Assembly (NCBI GenBank): GCA_046758965.1
Contig: JBHIBG010000046.1
Location: 1-20,220 of the forward strand
DNA length: 20,220 nucleotides
Direction of reading: 5' to 3'
Origin: Candidatus Methylomirabilia bacterium
Lineage (GTDB): Bacteria > Methylomirabilota > Methylomirabilia > Rokubacteriales > CSP1-6
Shown piece by piece: positions 9,888 to 18,065 of this stretch. A program made the position numbers and the translations under genes. The first letter of the stretch is position 1, and the number at the start of each line of letters is the position of its first letter. The notes under the pieces were generated by a model. It saw nothing but the letters and a program-made list of their open reading frames with translations, searched no databases and had not been told where the DNA came from.

Positions 9888-10073
9888 ATGGTTCAGGTGC
9901 TGTTCATCGTGGCACGGGACAACGATGAGCTCTACACCTGTCTGACGCGGGAGTTTGGCGGGGAAGAGGGTGTAGAGGTCATCTTCGATCGGCGGCAGGG
10001 AGAACGACGCAAGCCGGGGAATCAGGATGGTTTGCGCTCCCACGGATTTGTCGTCATCCACACCCACGAGTAA
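9888..10073 (+). CDS. Small hypothetical protein with a VEVIFDRRxGERR motif
   Basis: 61-aa ORF with a protein-like beta-alpha-beta pattern (LFIVAR..LY..L.REF....VEVIFDRR..ERR). I recall similar small proteins in Rokubacteria-like genomes. The RBS is weak. Confidence 0.7.
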   Translation: MVQVLFIVARDNDELYTCLTREFGGEEGVEVIFDRRQGERRKPGNQDGLRSHGFVVIHTHE

Positions 10074-10194
10074 GGGGCAGATATCCGGGGAATCCTCGAG
10101 GGTCGGCTGCGTGTGGCCGAGTCCTTTGTTGGTCTCAATCCCGGAGACGAGGGGTACAAAGCTCGATGTTCACCTGATGAGTAAGCTGGGACGC

Positions 10195-10566
10195 TCACGT
10201 TCCGCTTGTCGACCTTCGACGTCCTCGTACCGTCAGGCTGTGCCCTGGTGCCCTCTTGACCGCTGAAGATTCCAGCTTCTTTGTGCCCGCTCCTTCTTCC
10301 GCGAAACTGGTCCCTCCCGCGTCCAGTCCTGTGCCGAACATGACCCACTCCATCGGGACCTCCAGATCATCGGCCACCCGCTTCAGGTTCCTGTAGCTTG
10401 GGACTCGGTCCTTGAGCCAGGCATAGACGTATTGGGAAAGATAGCCGTTTTCCTCACAGAATCGCTTCACGTCTGGCCGCTCGTGCTTCCAATAACCCAG
10501 CTCTTTTAGGCGCTGCTTAATCCGTTCGCCTGTCCCAGGAAATAGGGATTCTTGATTGTTGGGCAC
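10195..10566 (-). CDS. XRE/cI-like HTH transcriptional regulator, copy 1
   Basis: GERIKQRLKELG...FCEENGYLSQYVYAWLKDRVPSYRNLKRVADDLEVPMEWVMFG has an XRE-type helix pattern ending in the typical WLxxG; GTG start. Confidence 0.78.
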   Translation of the reverse strand: MPNNQESLFPGTGERIKQRLKELGYWKHERPDVKRFCEENGYLSQYVYAWLKDRVPSYRNLKRVADDLEVPMEWVMFGTGLDAGGTSFAEEGAGTKKLESSAVKRAPGHSLTVRGRRRSTSGT

Positions 10567-10600
10567 GTCCGAGTCGCCTCTCTGTGCAAACTGCTCTCAA
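10319..10600. repeat. 282-bp perfect direct repeat, copy 1
   Basis: Identical by manual alignment to 17215-17496 (offset 6,896 bp), with diverged similarity on both flanks. Confidence 0.93.
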
Positions 10601-10901
10601 AAACCTACATTCGCGTCATAGCGCAGCGCGCCGAGCCTCGTCGGCTCGCATCGGTGGCCCGATCCCCCCTCGGCAACAAACGCCCCCGCTGGTCTGCTCC
10701 TTTTCCGCCTCCCTCCCCAGCGGCTTCACTCCATACGACCAGGGTGGGAGCCGAAATAAGAGTGACACGCCGGGGCTCGCGCCGTCTATCCGTACACCTA
10801 CGGAATTCGTGCCAAAAAGCCCCGGATTTTCTGCCCAGAACGGCCGTAGTGTTACAGTGCCGGGCCGGGAAGGAGGGATGAAGCCTACGAGAGGGGAAGC
10901 G

Positions 10902-11576
10902 TCAAGGCGCGGGGTACCGGGAGTCCTCCATCGGCAGAATTCCCCGTCGCATCGCATAGCGGATCAGATCGGTCTGGGTATTCAGGCGCAGTTTGCGCAT
11001 CAGGTTGGCCCGGTGGGTCTCAGCAGTCCGTGGGCTGATCAACAACCGAGCGGCGATTTGGGGGTTGCTGTACCCCTCGGCGGCCAGGTGGAGCACCTCC
11101 CGCTCGCGAGTCGTGAGGGGCTCATAGAGGTCCAGCGTGGCGGTGTGGGCCTTCCAGACGTAGGCCTCGATTGCCCGCTCGGAAAGCGGCCGGCTGAGAT
11201 GGCGACGGCCGGCCGCTGCCTCGCGCACCGCCTGCACCAGCTCGGCGGCGGTGGCATCTTTGAGGACGTACCCAGCTGCCCCGTTTCTCAGCGCCTGGAG
11301 CACATACGCCTCATTGGCGTACATTGAGAGGATGACGATGCGGGTCTGCGCGGAACGCTGGCGCACGCGGCGCGTGACCTCCAGGCCGTCCAGGCCGGGC
11401 ATCATCAGGTCCAGCACCAGGACCTTTGGCTTCAGGCGTTCCACCAGCTCGGGCACCTCAAGCCCATCAGCCGCCTCACCGACAACCGAGAACTCCGGCT
11501 CGGCTTCCAGCAGAGCCCGCAGGCCTTGACGGACGACGTGGTGGTCATCCGCCAGCAGTATTGTCGTCTTGCTCAT
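10902..11576 (-). CDS. NarL/FixJ-family response regulator (REC plus LuxR HTH)
   Basis: ILLADDHHVVRQG, LDLMMPG phospho-Asp, GYVLKD, LTTREREVL...ISPRTAETHRANLMRKL. Overlaps the kinase 3' end by 32 nt. Confidence 0.97.
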   Translation of the reverse strand: MSKTTILLADDHHVVRQGLRALLEAEPEFSVVGEAADGLEVPELVERLKPKVLVLDLMMPGLDGLEVTRRVRQRSAQTRIVILSMYANEAYVLQALRNGAAGYVLKDATAAELVQAVREAAAGRRHLSRPLSERAIEAYVWKAHTATLDLYEPLTTREREVLHLAAEGYSNPQIAARLLISPRTAETHRANLMRKLRLNTQTDLIRYAMRRGILPMEDSRYPAP

Positions 11577-14500
11577 CTCCCGTTTCTTCTTTCCCGTTTC
11601 GACCGGAGTCGCCCAAGGGCAATTCGGCCATCAACCGGGTGCCGGCCCCCGGAGCCGACTCAAGCGTGAGGTGCCCATCCAACAACAGCGTACGCTCGCG
11701 CATCCCGGTCAGGCCGCTGCAGATACGGGAGGCCTGGGCCGCCTCCGGGTCGAAGCCGCTCCCCCGGTCCTGAATCTGTAAGTACAGCGTGTTTGGTTCG
11801 GTCCAGAGGCGCACCGTAACCTCACTCACGCCAGCGTGCCGGGCGACGTTGGTCAGAGCTTCTTGCACAATGCGATAGGCTGCGGTTTCGATCTCCGGTC
11901 TAAAACGTCGTCCCTCCAGCCCCGCCTGCTCGAAGGTCACCTGCACGTTCGTGTGAACGGTATACCGCTCGAAATGCCACAGCAGCACGGACAGCAGGCC
12001 AAAGTCGTCCAGCATCGCCGGGCGTAGAGCGAGGGAAAGCTCACGCACCTTCCCGATGATGTCATTGACCTGCGCCTTCGCCTCGACCAGGCTCGCTCCG
12101 ACCGCGCCAGCCGGTAACCGCATGTTCATCTCCAGGGTGAGTTTGAGCCCGGTCAGGACCTGGCCGATCTCGTCGTGGAGTTCGCGAGCGATCCGGCGGC
12201 GCTCGGCCTCCTGCACCTCCACCAGCCGGCGGGAGAGGTTCTGCAGTCGCTCGCTCGCGGCACGCACTTCCTCAAACAGCCGAGTGTTTTGAATGGCAAC
12301 CGCCACCGAGTCGGCCACCTCGGCGACGATCTCCACGTGTTCGGGAGCAAAGGCGCCGGGGTGGTCCGCGCCCAGGTTGAGTGAGCCCATCAGTTCATCC
12401 TGGCACGTGAGGGGGGCGACGAGTAAGGAACGCACTCCTTCACCCTTCAGGATTTGAACCACTGGCGGGACTTCGGAGAGGAGCGAGATATCGTCGACAA
12501 CGCGAACCTTGCCCTGCCGAATCTCTTCAATCTCTGCAACCGCCGCCAGCGGAAAGCGCGCTCCGGCCACTACCCGAGATTCGCCGCTGACGTCAGCGGC
12601 AAGCATTGTGCACACATGAGTTTCAAGGTCGAACACCGCAATGCTGGCCCGATTGCACGGCACCAGTCGCCGAATGTGGCCCAAGGCGGCCTGAGCGATT
12701 GTCTCCTGCGACCGGGCAGCCAGAATGGCTTGGTCTATCTCACGCAAGACTCTGAGGCGTTCGGCTCGTTGCCGCAACGCCTCTTCAGCCCGCTTGCGCT
12801 CGGTAATGTCCTTCATGACCCCCAGCGTCCCGACGATGGCACCGCTCGAGTCGCGGAGATGGGAGATGGAGCTATTGACCTCCACCAACCGCCCTTCCTT
12901 GGCTCGGAAGGCCGTCTCATAGTTCCTGATCTGCCCCTCGACCGCGAGCCGCTCCGTCACCGCCCGCGCCTCCTCCTGGCCTGACCGGTAGTAGTCCGCG
13001 GCAGGCCGGCCGAGGACCTCCTCGGCGCGGTAGCCAAAGATCTTCTCGGCCCCCGGACTGAAGTAGGTGATCCGGCCTTCAAGATCCGCCGTCATGATGG
13101 CGTCCGCCGAGTTCTCCGCGATCGACTGGAGGAAGTCCCGGGCAGCCTTGATCTCCTCGTAGAGCCGGACCTTCTCCAGCGCCACAGCCGCTTCGTCAGC
13201 AAACGCCTCCACCAGCCGGATCTCTTCGTCGGTGAACACCCGCCCCGCCCGGTCTCCGATGCCGAGCGCGCCGATCACCCGGCCCTCGGCGAGCAAGGGA
13301 ACAGCGAGCGCGGAGCGATACGGGGCCTGCTCGATTCGGGACCGCACCTCCGGCGGCAACGCGATGCGAGGATCAGCCAACACGTCGGGCGTAACCACCG
13401 CCCGGCGCTCCCCCACGGCAACACCCACCACGCCCGCCCCACGCGGAAAGACCACGTTCCGGCCGAGGGTAGGCCCAACATCTCCCGAGATGGCTATCGC
13501 CACCAGGTCGCCCGACTCCAGCTCCAGCCGATAGAGGGTTGAGGCCGGCACGCGGTACAGCTCGCGGACGCTATCCACGATCCGCTGCCCGACCTCCTCA
13601 ACACCGAGCGCCTGAGAGAGGAGGTGCCCTGCCTCGGCCAGGCCCTCCGCCGCCCGCCGACGCCGCTCCGCCTCCTCGAAGAGACCGGCGTTCTTGACGG
13701 CCAGCGCGGCCTGACTGGCGATGGTCATCGCCAGGTCGATCTCCTCCTGACGCCACGCATACGGTCCGTTCGTCCGGTCGAGGTTCAGCGTCCCGATGAC
13801 CTCCTCCTGGTGGATCAAGGGCACCACCAGGGCCGAGCGGATTCCAAACGCTTCGAACCAGTGCGCCGGAACGAGGGAATTGCTGGTCGCGTCCTCAACC
13901 ACCACCGGCTTCTTCGTGTGGATCGCCTCGGCGTGGGCCGGGACCTCTTCCAGCCGGTAGGGCCCCGTGGCCTTGAACTTCTCCCACAGCTCCCGGTCCG
14001 TGTGTCCGTCGGCGAATTGGGACATGGCCGGCACGATATGTCCCCCCCGCCAGAGGTTGATCGAGCACCGCTCCGCGCCGACGGCTTGCGCCGTCCGCTG
14101 CGTAACGATCTTGAGGAGCTGCTTCAGCTCCACCGTCGAGCCGAGGGCCCGAGCGATGTCGAAGAGTGCCTCCGCGGCGTGGCGGCGCGATTCGCTCTCC
14201 GCGAAGAGCCGGGCGTTCTCCAGCGCGATCGCCGCCTGGGAGGCGAAGGCCTGCGCCAGCCCGATCTCTTCGTCGGTGAACACCCGCCCGGTCCGGCCGC
14301 CCACGATGAGCGCGCCGCTGACCCTGTCCTGGACCAGTAGCGGGACGGCCAGCGCCGCGCGAAACGGAGCCTGCTCAACAAGGGCGCGCAGCTCGGGCGT
14401 GAACCTGATTCTGGGGTCGGCGAGCAAGTCGGGGGTGGCCACTGCTCGTCGCTCGAGCACCCCGAGACCCGCCATGCCATACCCCTTCGGAACGACCAGG

Positions 14501-16326
14501 CCCCGCCCTAAGCTGGACCAGGCCTCGCCGGAGGCGGTAACATTCACCAGGTTCTCCGATTCGGGCTCCAGGCGATAGAGGGAGGCAGCCTGGACGTCCA
14601 GCAGGCTCAGGACGCTGTCCACGACGCGTTGGCCCACTTGCTCAGGGTCGAGCGATTGAGCGAGGACGCGCCCTACCTCCGCCAGGGCCTCCGATGCGCG
14701 GCGGCGTGCCTCCACCTGTTGGGTGCGCTCAACGACCCGCTGCTCCAGCGTGCCGGTCAGGGCCCGCAGCTCCTCCTCGGCCCGCGCGCGATGGATAACC
14801 TGGCCTTCCAGTTCCCGGTTGGCCCACTCAACCTGCTTCGTGCGACGCCGCGCCGTTTGAGCAAGATGGACCGCGAGCGCCACCAGGAAAGCCGTCAGGA
14901 GCCCTACACCCAATACCACTGGGGGGAGAGGGGATTGCGCCTTGGCTAGCCACTCCGACCTCGGCCAGATCCGCATACGCCAGGTGGCGCCATAAAACTC
15001 GATTTCCGTCTCCTGGCCCCACTCCTGCTCATGCTGCCTGCTGGCGTCATACCGGCTATAGATCTCCTCTTCGCCGTCGAAGAGTGCGATGGAGTAGCCA
15101 CGCGCAGTTTTCTTGTACAAGAGGGGGTCGAGCAACTCCTGAACGCGAAAGACGCCCAGCATGAACCCGTCGAAGTTGCCTCCCGGGAAAAGCGGGACAT
15201 ACACCAGGAAGCCCTTGCCACCCTGCACCAGGTCGATAGCACGCGTGACCGTCACCTCACCCCGCTCTCGGGCCGCCTCCAGCGCGGTCCGGCGCCGCTC
15301 CTCGAACGCAAGGTCCCGGTCCAGGGCTGCTTCGTTTCCCTCCAGCGGCACGACCCAGCGCACATGAAACGAGGGATCCACCCATTCGATGGCCTGGTAA
15401 CCGGGTTCATCAGCCACATAACGCGCCACGTGGTGTTCCCACTTCTCCTTTGGACTTCCACTGTGAACCTCCCAGTGCTTGGCCATGCGAAGCAGCGCCA
15501 GGATTCGAGGTTCGATCGTGTCGCTTATGTCGCTTCTCACATCGTCTGCTTCTGCCTCCACCATCTGCTGGATGTGAGCGCGCTCCTGTGCGATCAGCGC
15601 CTGCGAGAGGACCACGGCGCCCGTCAGGACACCGACGCCAACAGCGATCGCCGCCCATCGCGGCGCGCCCGCCCCTTCAGCCGTGCCCTCGCGCCACGCG
15701 AATACGAGGAGGCCTGCGCCCAGCAGCGCAAATCCGGCCGCGGTATGAACGGCCATCCGGGTGAGGTGACCCCAGCCATAGGCCGTGTTCACACCGCTCA
15801 GATAGCCAAAGAAGGCAACCATCCCCAGAGCAGCGACGACCGAACCCAAAAGCCCCGAGATCAGAAAACGCCGCCTCGGCCGCGCCGAGCTGCTCATGAC
15901 CAGTAGCGCGGCTCCGCTGAGAGCAAACGACAGGGCCGTGTTCGGGGCCATGCGACCGGGATGAGAGGACGCGAAGCTGACGTAATCCTCCATCAGAAGC
16001 TGGTCGATGCCGAGGTCGACTCCAAAGATGTACTCGATCAGCGTCAACAGACCGACAGCCGCCACCACCCCGCCACAAGCGATCGCCGGACGCGGCCGAC
16101 CGTACACAAGCGACAGGAGCCCCACGCCGAAAAGAACGAACCCTAAAGCCGTGTTGTACTGCATCTCCGGAAAAGCCGGATGCATCTGCACCAGGACCGC
16201 CGTCTGCGTGGACCACCCCACCAGGACCACGAGCCCCAGCGCGGCCGAGAGCCCCCCAGCGACAGTCGCCGCGAGCCTCGACCAAGGCGCGAAACGGGTC
16301 TCCTTTTCCATGGCCAGCGTTTTCAC
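11545..16326 (-). CDS. Large membrane sensor histidine kinase: multi-TM, CHASE, TM, three GAF, PAS, GAF, HisKA_3, HATPase_c
   Basis: N-terminal hydrophobic helices, CHASE-like segment (EWVDPSFHVRWVVPLEGNEAA...DLVQGGKGFLVYVP), repeated GAF ends (FTDEEI.L..AFA..AA.ALEN), PAS (ENSADAI...DITERK), ERRRIARELHDEIGQ, QEALTNVARHA, DRGSGF, GLTGMRER. The start may be ATG 16311. Confidence 0.96.
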   Translation of the reverse strand: MKTLAMEKETRFAPWSRLAATVAGGLSAALGLVVLVGWSTQTAVLVQMHPAFPEMQYNTALGFVLFGVGLLSLVYGRPRPAIACGGVVAAVGLLTLIEYIFGVDLGIDQLLMEDYVSFASSHPGRMAPNTALSFALSGAALLVMSSSARPRRRFLISGLLGSVVAALGMVAFFGYLSGVNTAYGWGHLTRMAVHTAAGFALLGAGLLVFAWREGTAEGAGAPRWAAIAVGVGVLTGAVVLSQALIAQERAHIQQMVEAEADDVRSDISDTIEPRILALLRMAKHWEVHSGSPKEKWEHHVARYVADEPGYQAIEWVDPSFHVRWVVPLEGNEAALDRDLAFEERRRTALEAARERGEVTVTRAIDLVQGGKGFLVYVPLFPGGNFDGFMLGVFRVQELLDPLLYKKTARGYSIALFDGEEEIYSRYDASRQHEQEWGQETEIEFYGATWRMRIWPRSEWLAKAQSPLPPVVLGVGLLTAFLVALAVHLAQTARRRTKQVEWANRELEGQVIHRARAEEELRALTGTLEQRVVERTQQVEARRRASEALAEVGRVLAQSLDPEQVGQRVVDSVLSLLDVQAASLYRLEPESENLVNVTASGEAWSSLGRGLVVPKGYGMAGLGVLERRAVATPDLLADPRIRFTPELRALVEQAPFRAALAVPLLVQDRVSGALIVGGRTGRVFTDEEIGLAQAFASQAAIALENARLFAESESRRHAAEALFDIARALGSTVELKQLLKIVTQRTAQAVGAERCSINLWRGGHIVPAMSQFADGHTDRELWEKFKATGPYRLEEVPAHAEAIHTKKPVVVEDATSNSLVPAHWFEAFGIRSALVVPLIHQEEVIGTLNLDRTNGPYAWRQEEIDLAMTIASQAALAVKNAGLFEEAERRRRAAEGLAEAGHLLSQALGVEEVGQRIVDSVRELYRVPASTLYRLELESGDLVAIAISGDVGPTLGRNVVFPRGAGVVGVAVGERRAVVTPDVLADPRIALPPEVRSRIEQAPYRSALAVPLLAEGRVIGALGIGDRAGRVFTDEEIRLVEAFADEAAVALEKVRLYEEIKAARDFLQSIAENSADAIMTADLEGRITYFSPGAEKIFGYRAEEVLGRPAADYYRSGQEEARAVTERLAVEGQIRNYETAFRAKEGRLVEVNSSISHLRDSSGAIVGTLGVMKDITERKRAEEALRQRAERLRVLREIDQAILAARSQETIAQAALGHIRRLVPCNRASIAVFDLETHVCTMLAADVSGESRVVAGARFPLAAVAEIEEIRQGKVRVVDDISLLSEVPPVVQILKGEGVRSLLVAPLTCQDELMGSLNLGADHPGAFAPEHVEIVAEVADSVAVAIQNTRLFEEVRAASERLQNLSRRLVEVQEAERRRIARELHDEIGQVLTGLKLTLEMNMRLPAGAVGASLVEAKAQVNDIIGKVRELSLALRPAMLDDFGLLSVLLWHFERYTVHTNVQVTFEQAGLEGRRFRPEIETAAYRIVQEALTNVARHAGVSEVTVRLWTEPNTLYLQIQDRGSGFDPEAAQASRICSGLTGMRERTLLLDGHLTLESAPGAGTRLMAELPLGDSGRNGKEETGDEQDDNTAGG

Positions 16327-16353
16327 TGCTAGAGTTTCATGACCTCGTTCGAG

Positions 16354-16560
16354 CTAAGCTGGACCTGGCCTCGCCGGAGGCGGTGCACATCACCAGGTTC
16401 CCCGACTCGGGCTCCAGGCGATCAAGGGGGGCGGCCTGGACGTCCAGCAGCTCAGGAGGCTGCCCACCATGCGTTGGCCCAGTTGCTCAGGGTCGAGCAA
16501 TTCAGAGATGAGGAAACTGGACGAGATCTCGACCAGCATGGCTTGGCCGTCTGGGGCCCG
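16354..16560 (-). pseudogene. Frameshifted GAF-domain fragment paralogous to the kinase's first GAF
   Basis: 16354-16502 aligns to 14508-14657 with one 1-nt deletion and scattered substitutions (LDPEQLGQRMVGSLLS/LLDVQAAPLDRLEPESGNLV). Confidence 0.8.
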
Positions 16561-16740
16561 AAGCTTACAGAGTTTCCGACATGGAAGCTGCGGCCACGGC
16601 TAGCTACTAGGCTCGCGAGATCGCCCCCCTATGTCCTGACGAACAGGAGGGACGGTGGGGAGAGCGAAACCCGTGGCAGGATACTACCCCGGTCGAGAGG
16701 AGGGTGTCAACGGCAGAGCCCGGCGGACGCCGGGCGGAGC

Positions 16741-17044
16741 CTACGAGGCAAAAGAACAGTTGGCAAGCGGGTACGCGACCGTCGCCTGCTTGGAGGGTTT
16801 CCTCAGAACCGGGCGGCCCGTGGCTTCGAGAAACCGTTGGGTCTCAGGTTTCGCGATATCCCGTGCGATAAATACCCCTCGCGGGACCAGGGTGGAATCC
16901 CTCCGCCACGAGGTGCTCCCAGAGAGTGTGTCCCGAGAGGTCCGGGATCCTGACGTTGAGCATCAGGGTCACCTCTTGCCCCAATGACTCGAAGAGGGGG
17001 GAGACGGCCTCAGCCACGCCCTGCTGCTCCTCCACCACGAGCAT
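16741..17044 (-). pseudogene. Degraded receiver (REC) domain
   Basis: One frame gives MLVVEEQQGVAEAVSPLFESLGQEVT..LNVRIPDLSG..LWEHL. After a frameshift it gives VFIARDIAKPETQRFLEATGRPVLRKP...*. These match the REC beta1, D-x-x-MP and KP motifs, with an internal deletion and the phospho-Asp replaced by Asn. Confidence 0.72.
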
Positions 17045-17462
17045 GCATCTCCGCCGGAGGGCCGGCAGCGCGGAAGGCGGTGCCCAGACCGCCCCTTCGG
17101 CCCGGTGGACCGACAACTCGACGACGGCCGCCCTCTGGCCCCGGTGTCCTCTTCACCTCCTGATGCCTTCGGCCTCTTTGTGACGGCTCCTTTTTCCGCG
17201 AAGCGGGGCCTCCTGCGTCCAGTCCTGTGCCGAACATGACCCACTCCATCGGGACCTCCAGATCATCGGCCACCCGCTTCAGGTTCCTGTAGCTTGGGAC
17301 TCGGTCCTTGAGCCAGGCATAGACGTATTGGGAAAGATAGCCGTTTTCCTCACAGAATCGCTTCACGTCTGGCCGCTCGTGCTTCCAATAACCCAGCTCT
17401 TTTAGGCGCTGCTTAATCCGTTCGCCTGTCCCAGGAAATAGGGATTCTTGATTGTTGGGCAC
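17010..17462 (-). CDS. XRE/cI-like HTH regulator, copy 2 (different C-terminus)
   Basis: The first ~85 aa are identical to 10195-10566; the tail diverges and overlaps the REC remnant. Confidence 0.75.
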   Translation of the reverse strand: MPNNQESLFPGTGERIKQRLKELGYWKHERPDVKRFCEENGYLSQYVYAWLKDRVPSYRNLKRVADDLEVPMEWVMFGTGLDAGGPASRKKEPSQRGRRHQEVKRTPGPEGGRRRVVGPPGRRGGLGTAFRAAGPPAEMHARGGGAAGRG

Positions 17463-17496
17463 GTCCGAGTCGCCTCTCTGTGCAAACTGCTCTCAA
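17215..17496. repeat. 282-bp perfect direct repeat, copy 2
   Basis: Identical to 10319-10600. Confidence 0.93.
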
Positions 17497-18030
17497 GAAT
17501 CCACATTCGCCTCATAGCGGAACGGGCCGAGCCTCGAAGGTGCAAAAGGCTGGGCCGCTAGCGACGCACAGTTAGGCTGGAGAGTCCGTCCGCTTTGCTT
17601 CATTCCGACTCTCGGAAGGGTTGCCCAACAGAACGCGGGGCATAGCTACCTCTCTAGGGAGCTAGAGGGTCATATTTAGAACCCAAATGAACTCTAGGAC
17701 AGTTACGAGACATTTGTCAACGAGGGCGTCGAAAGGCTGTCCAGTGACCTGAGCCAGGGCATCCCTGCCTCCAGCGGATCGCCGGACGATAGTTAGGTTG
17801 TTTGTAGGGGAATACTAGGTAGTCCGCACTAGCCCGAGTTTACCGAGATAGCGAGGCATTCTTCCGCGCCTCGCTTGTTTCTTAGCCTCGAAAGCCGCAA
17901 TCCACGCGGGTCTCCCGCTCGCGGACCCCTATAGGGCCGGTCCAATCCCGCTGCTTCAGAGTATGACCTAACATCGCTCGCGCTCGTGGCCCCCAGATAT
18001 TGAGCCCCTTGAAAGAGCATCTACAAAGTC

Positions 18031-18059
18031 TTGACAATCACAAGGGTTCGATGTATGAC
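18031..18059 (+). promoter_or_regulatory. Transposase promoter
   Basis: TTGACA (18031-18036), 17 bp, TATGAC (18054-18059). Confidence 0.6.
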
Positions 18060-18065
18060 CTAAAT

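Noticed and set aside
16339..16987. Plus-strand ORFs 16339-16953 and 16655-16987
   Set aside because: Antisense to recognisable GAF and REC pseudogene fragments; the translations are not protein-like.
10319..17496. CRISPR array, DGR template/variable repeat, or IS-bounded composite transposon
   Set aside because: There are only two copies, no spacers, no reverse transcriptase, no adenine-specific mismatches, and the repeat has no IRs or transposase.
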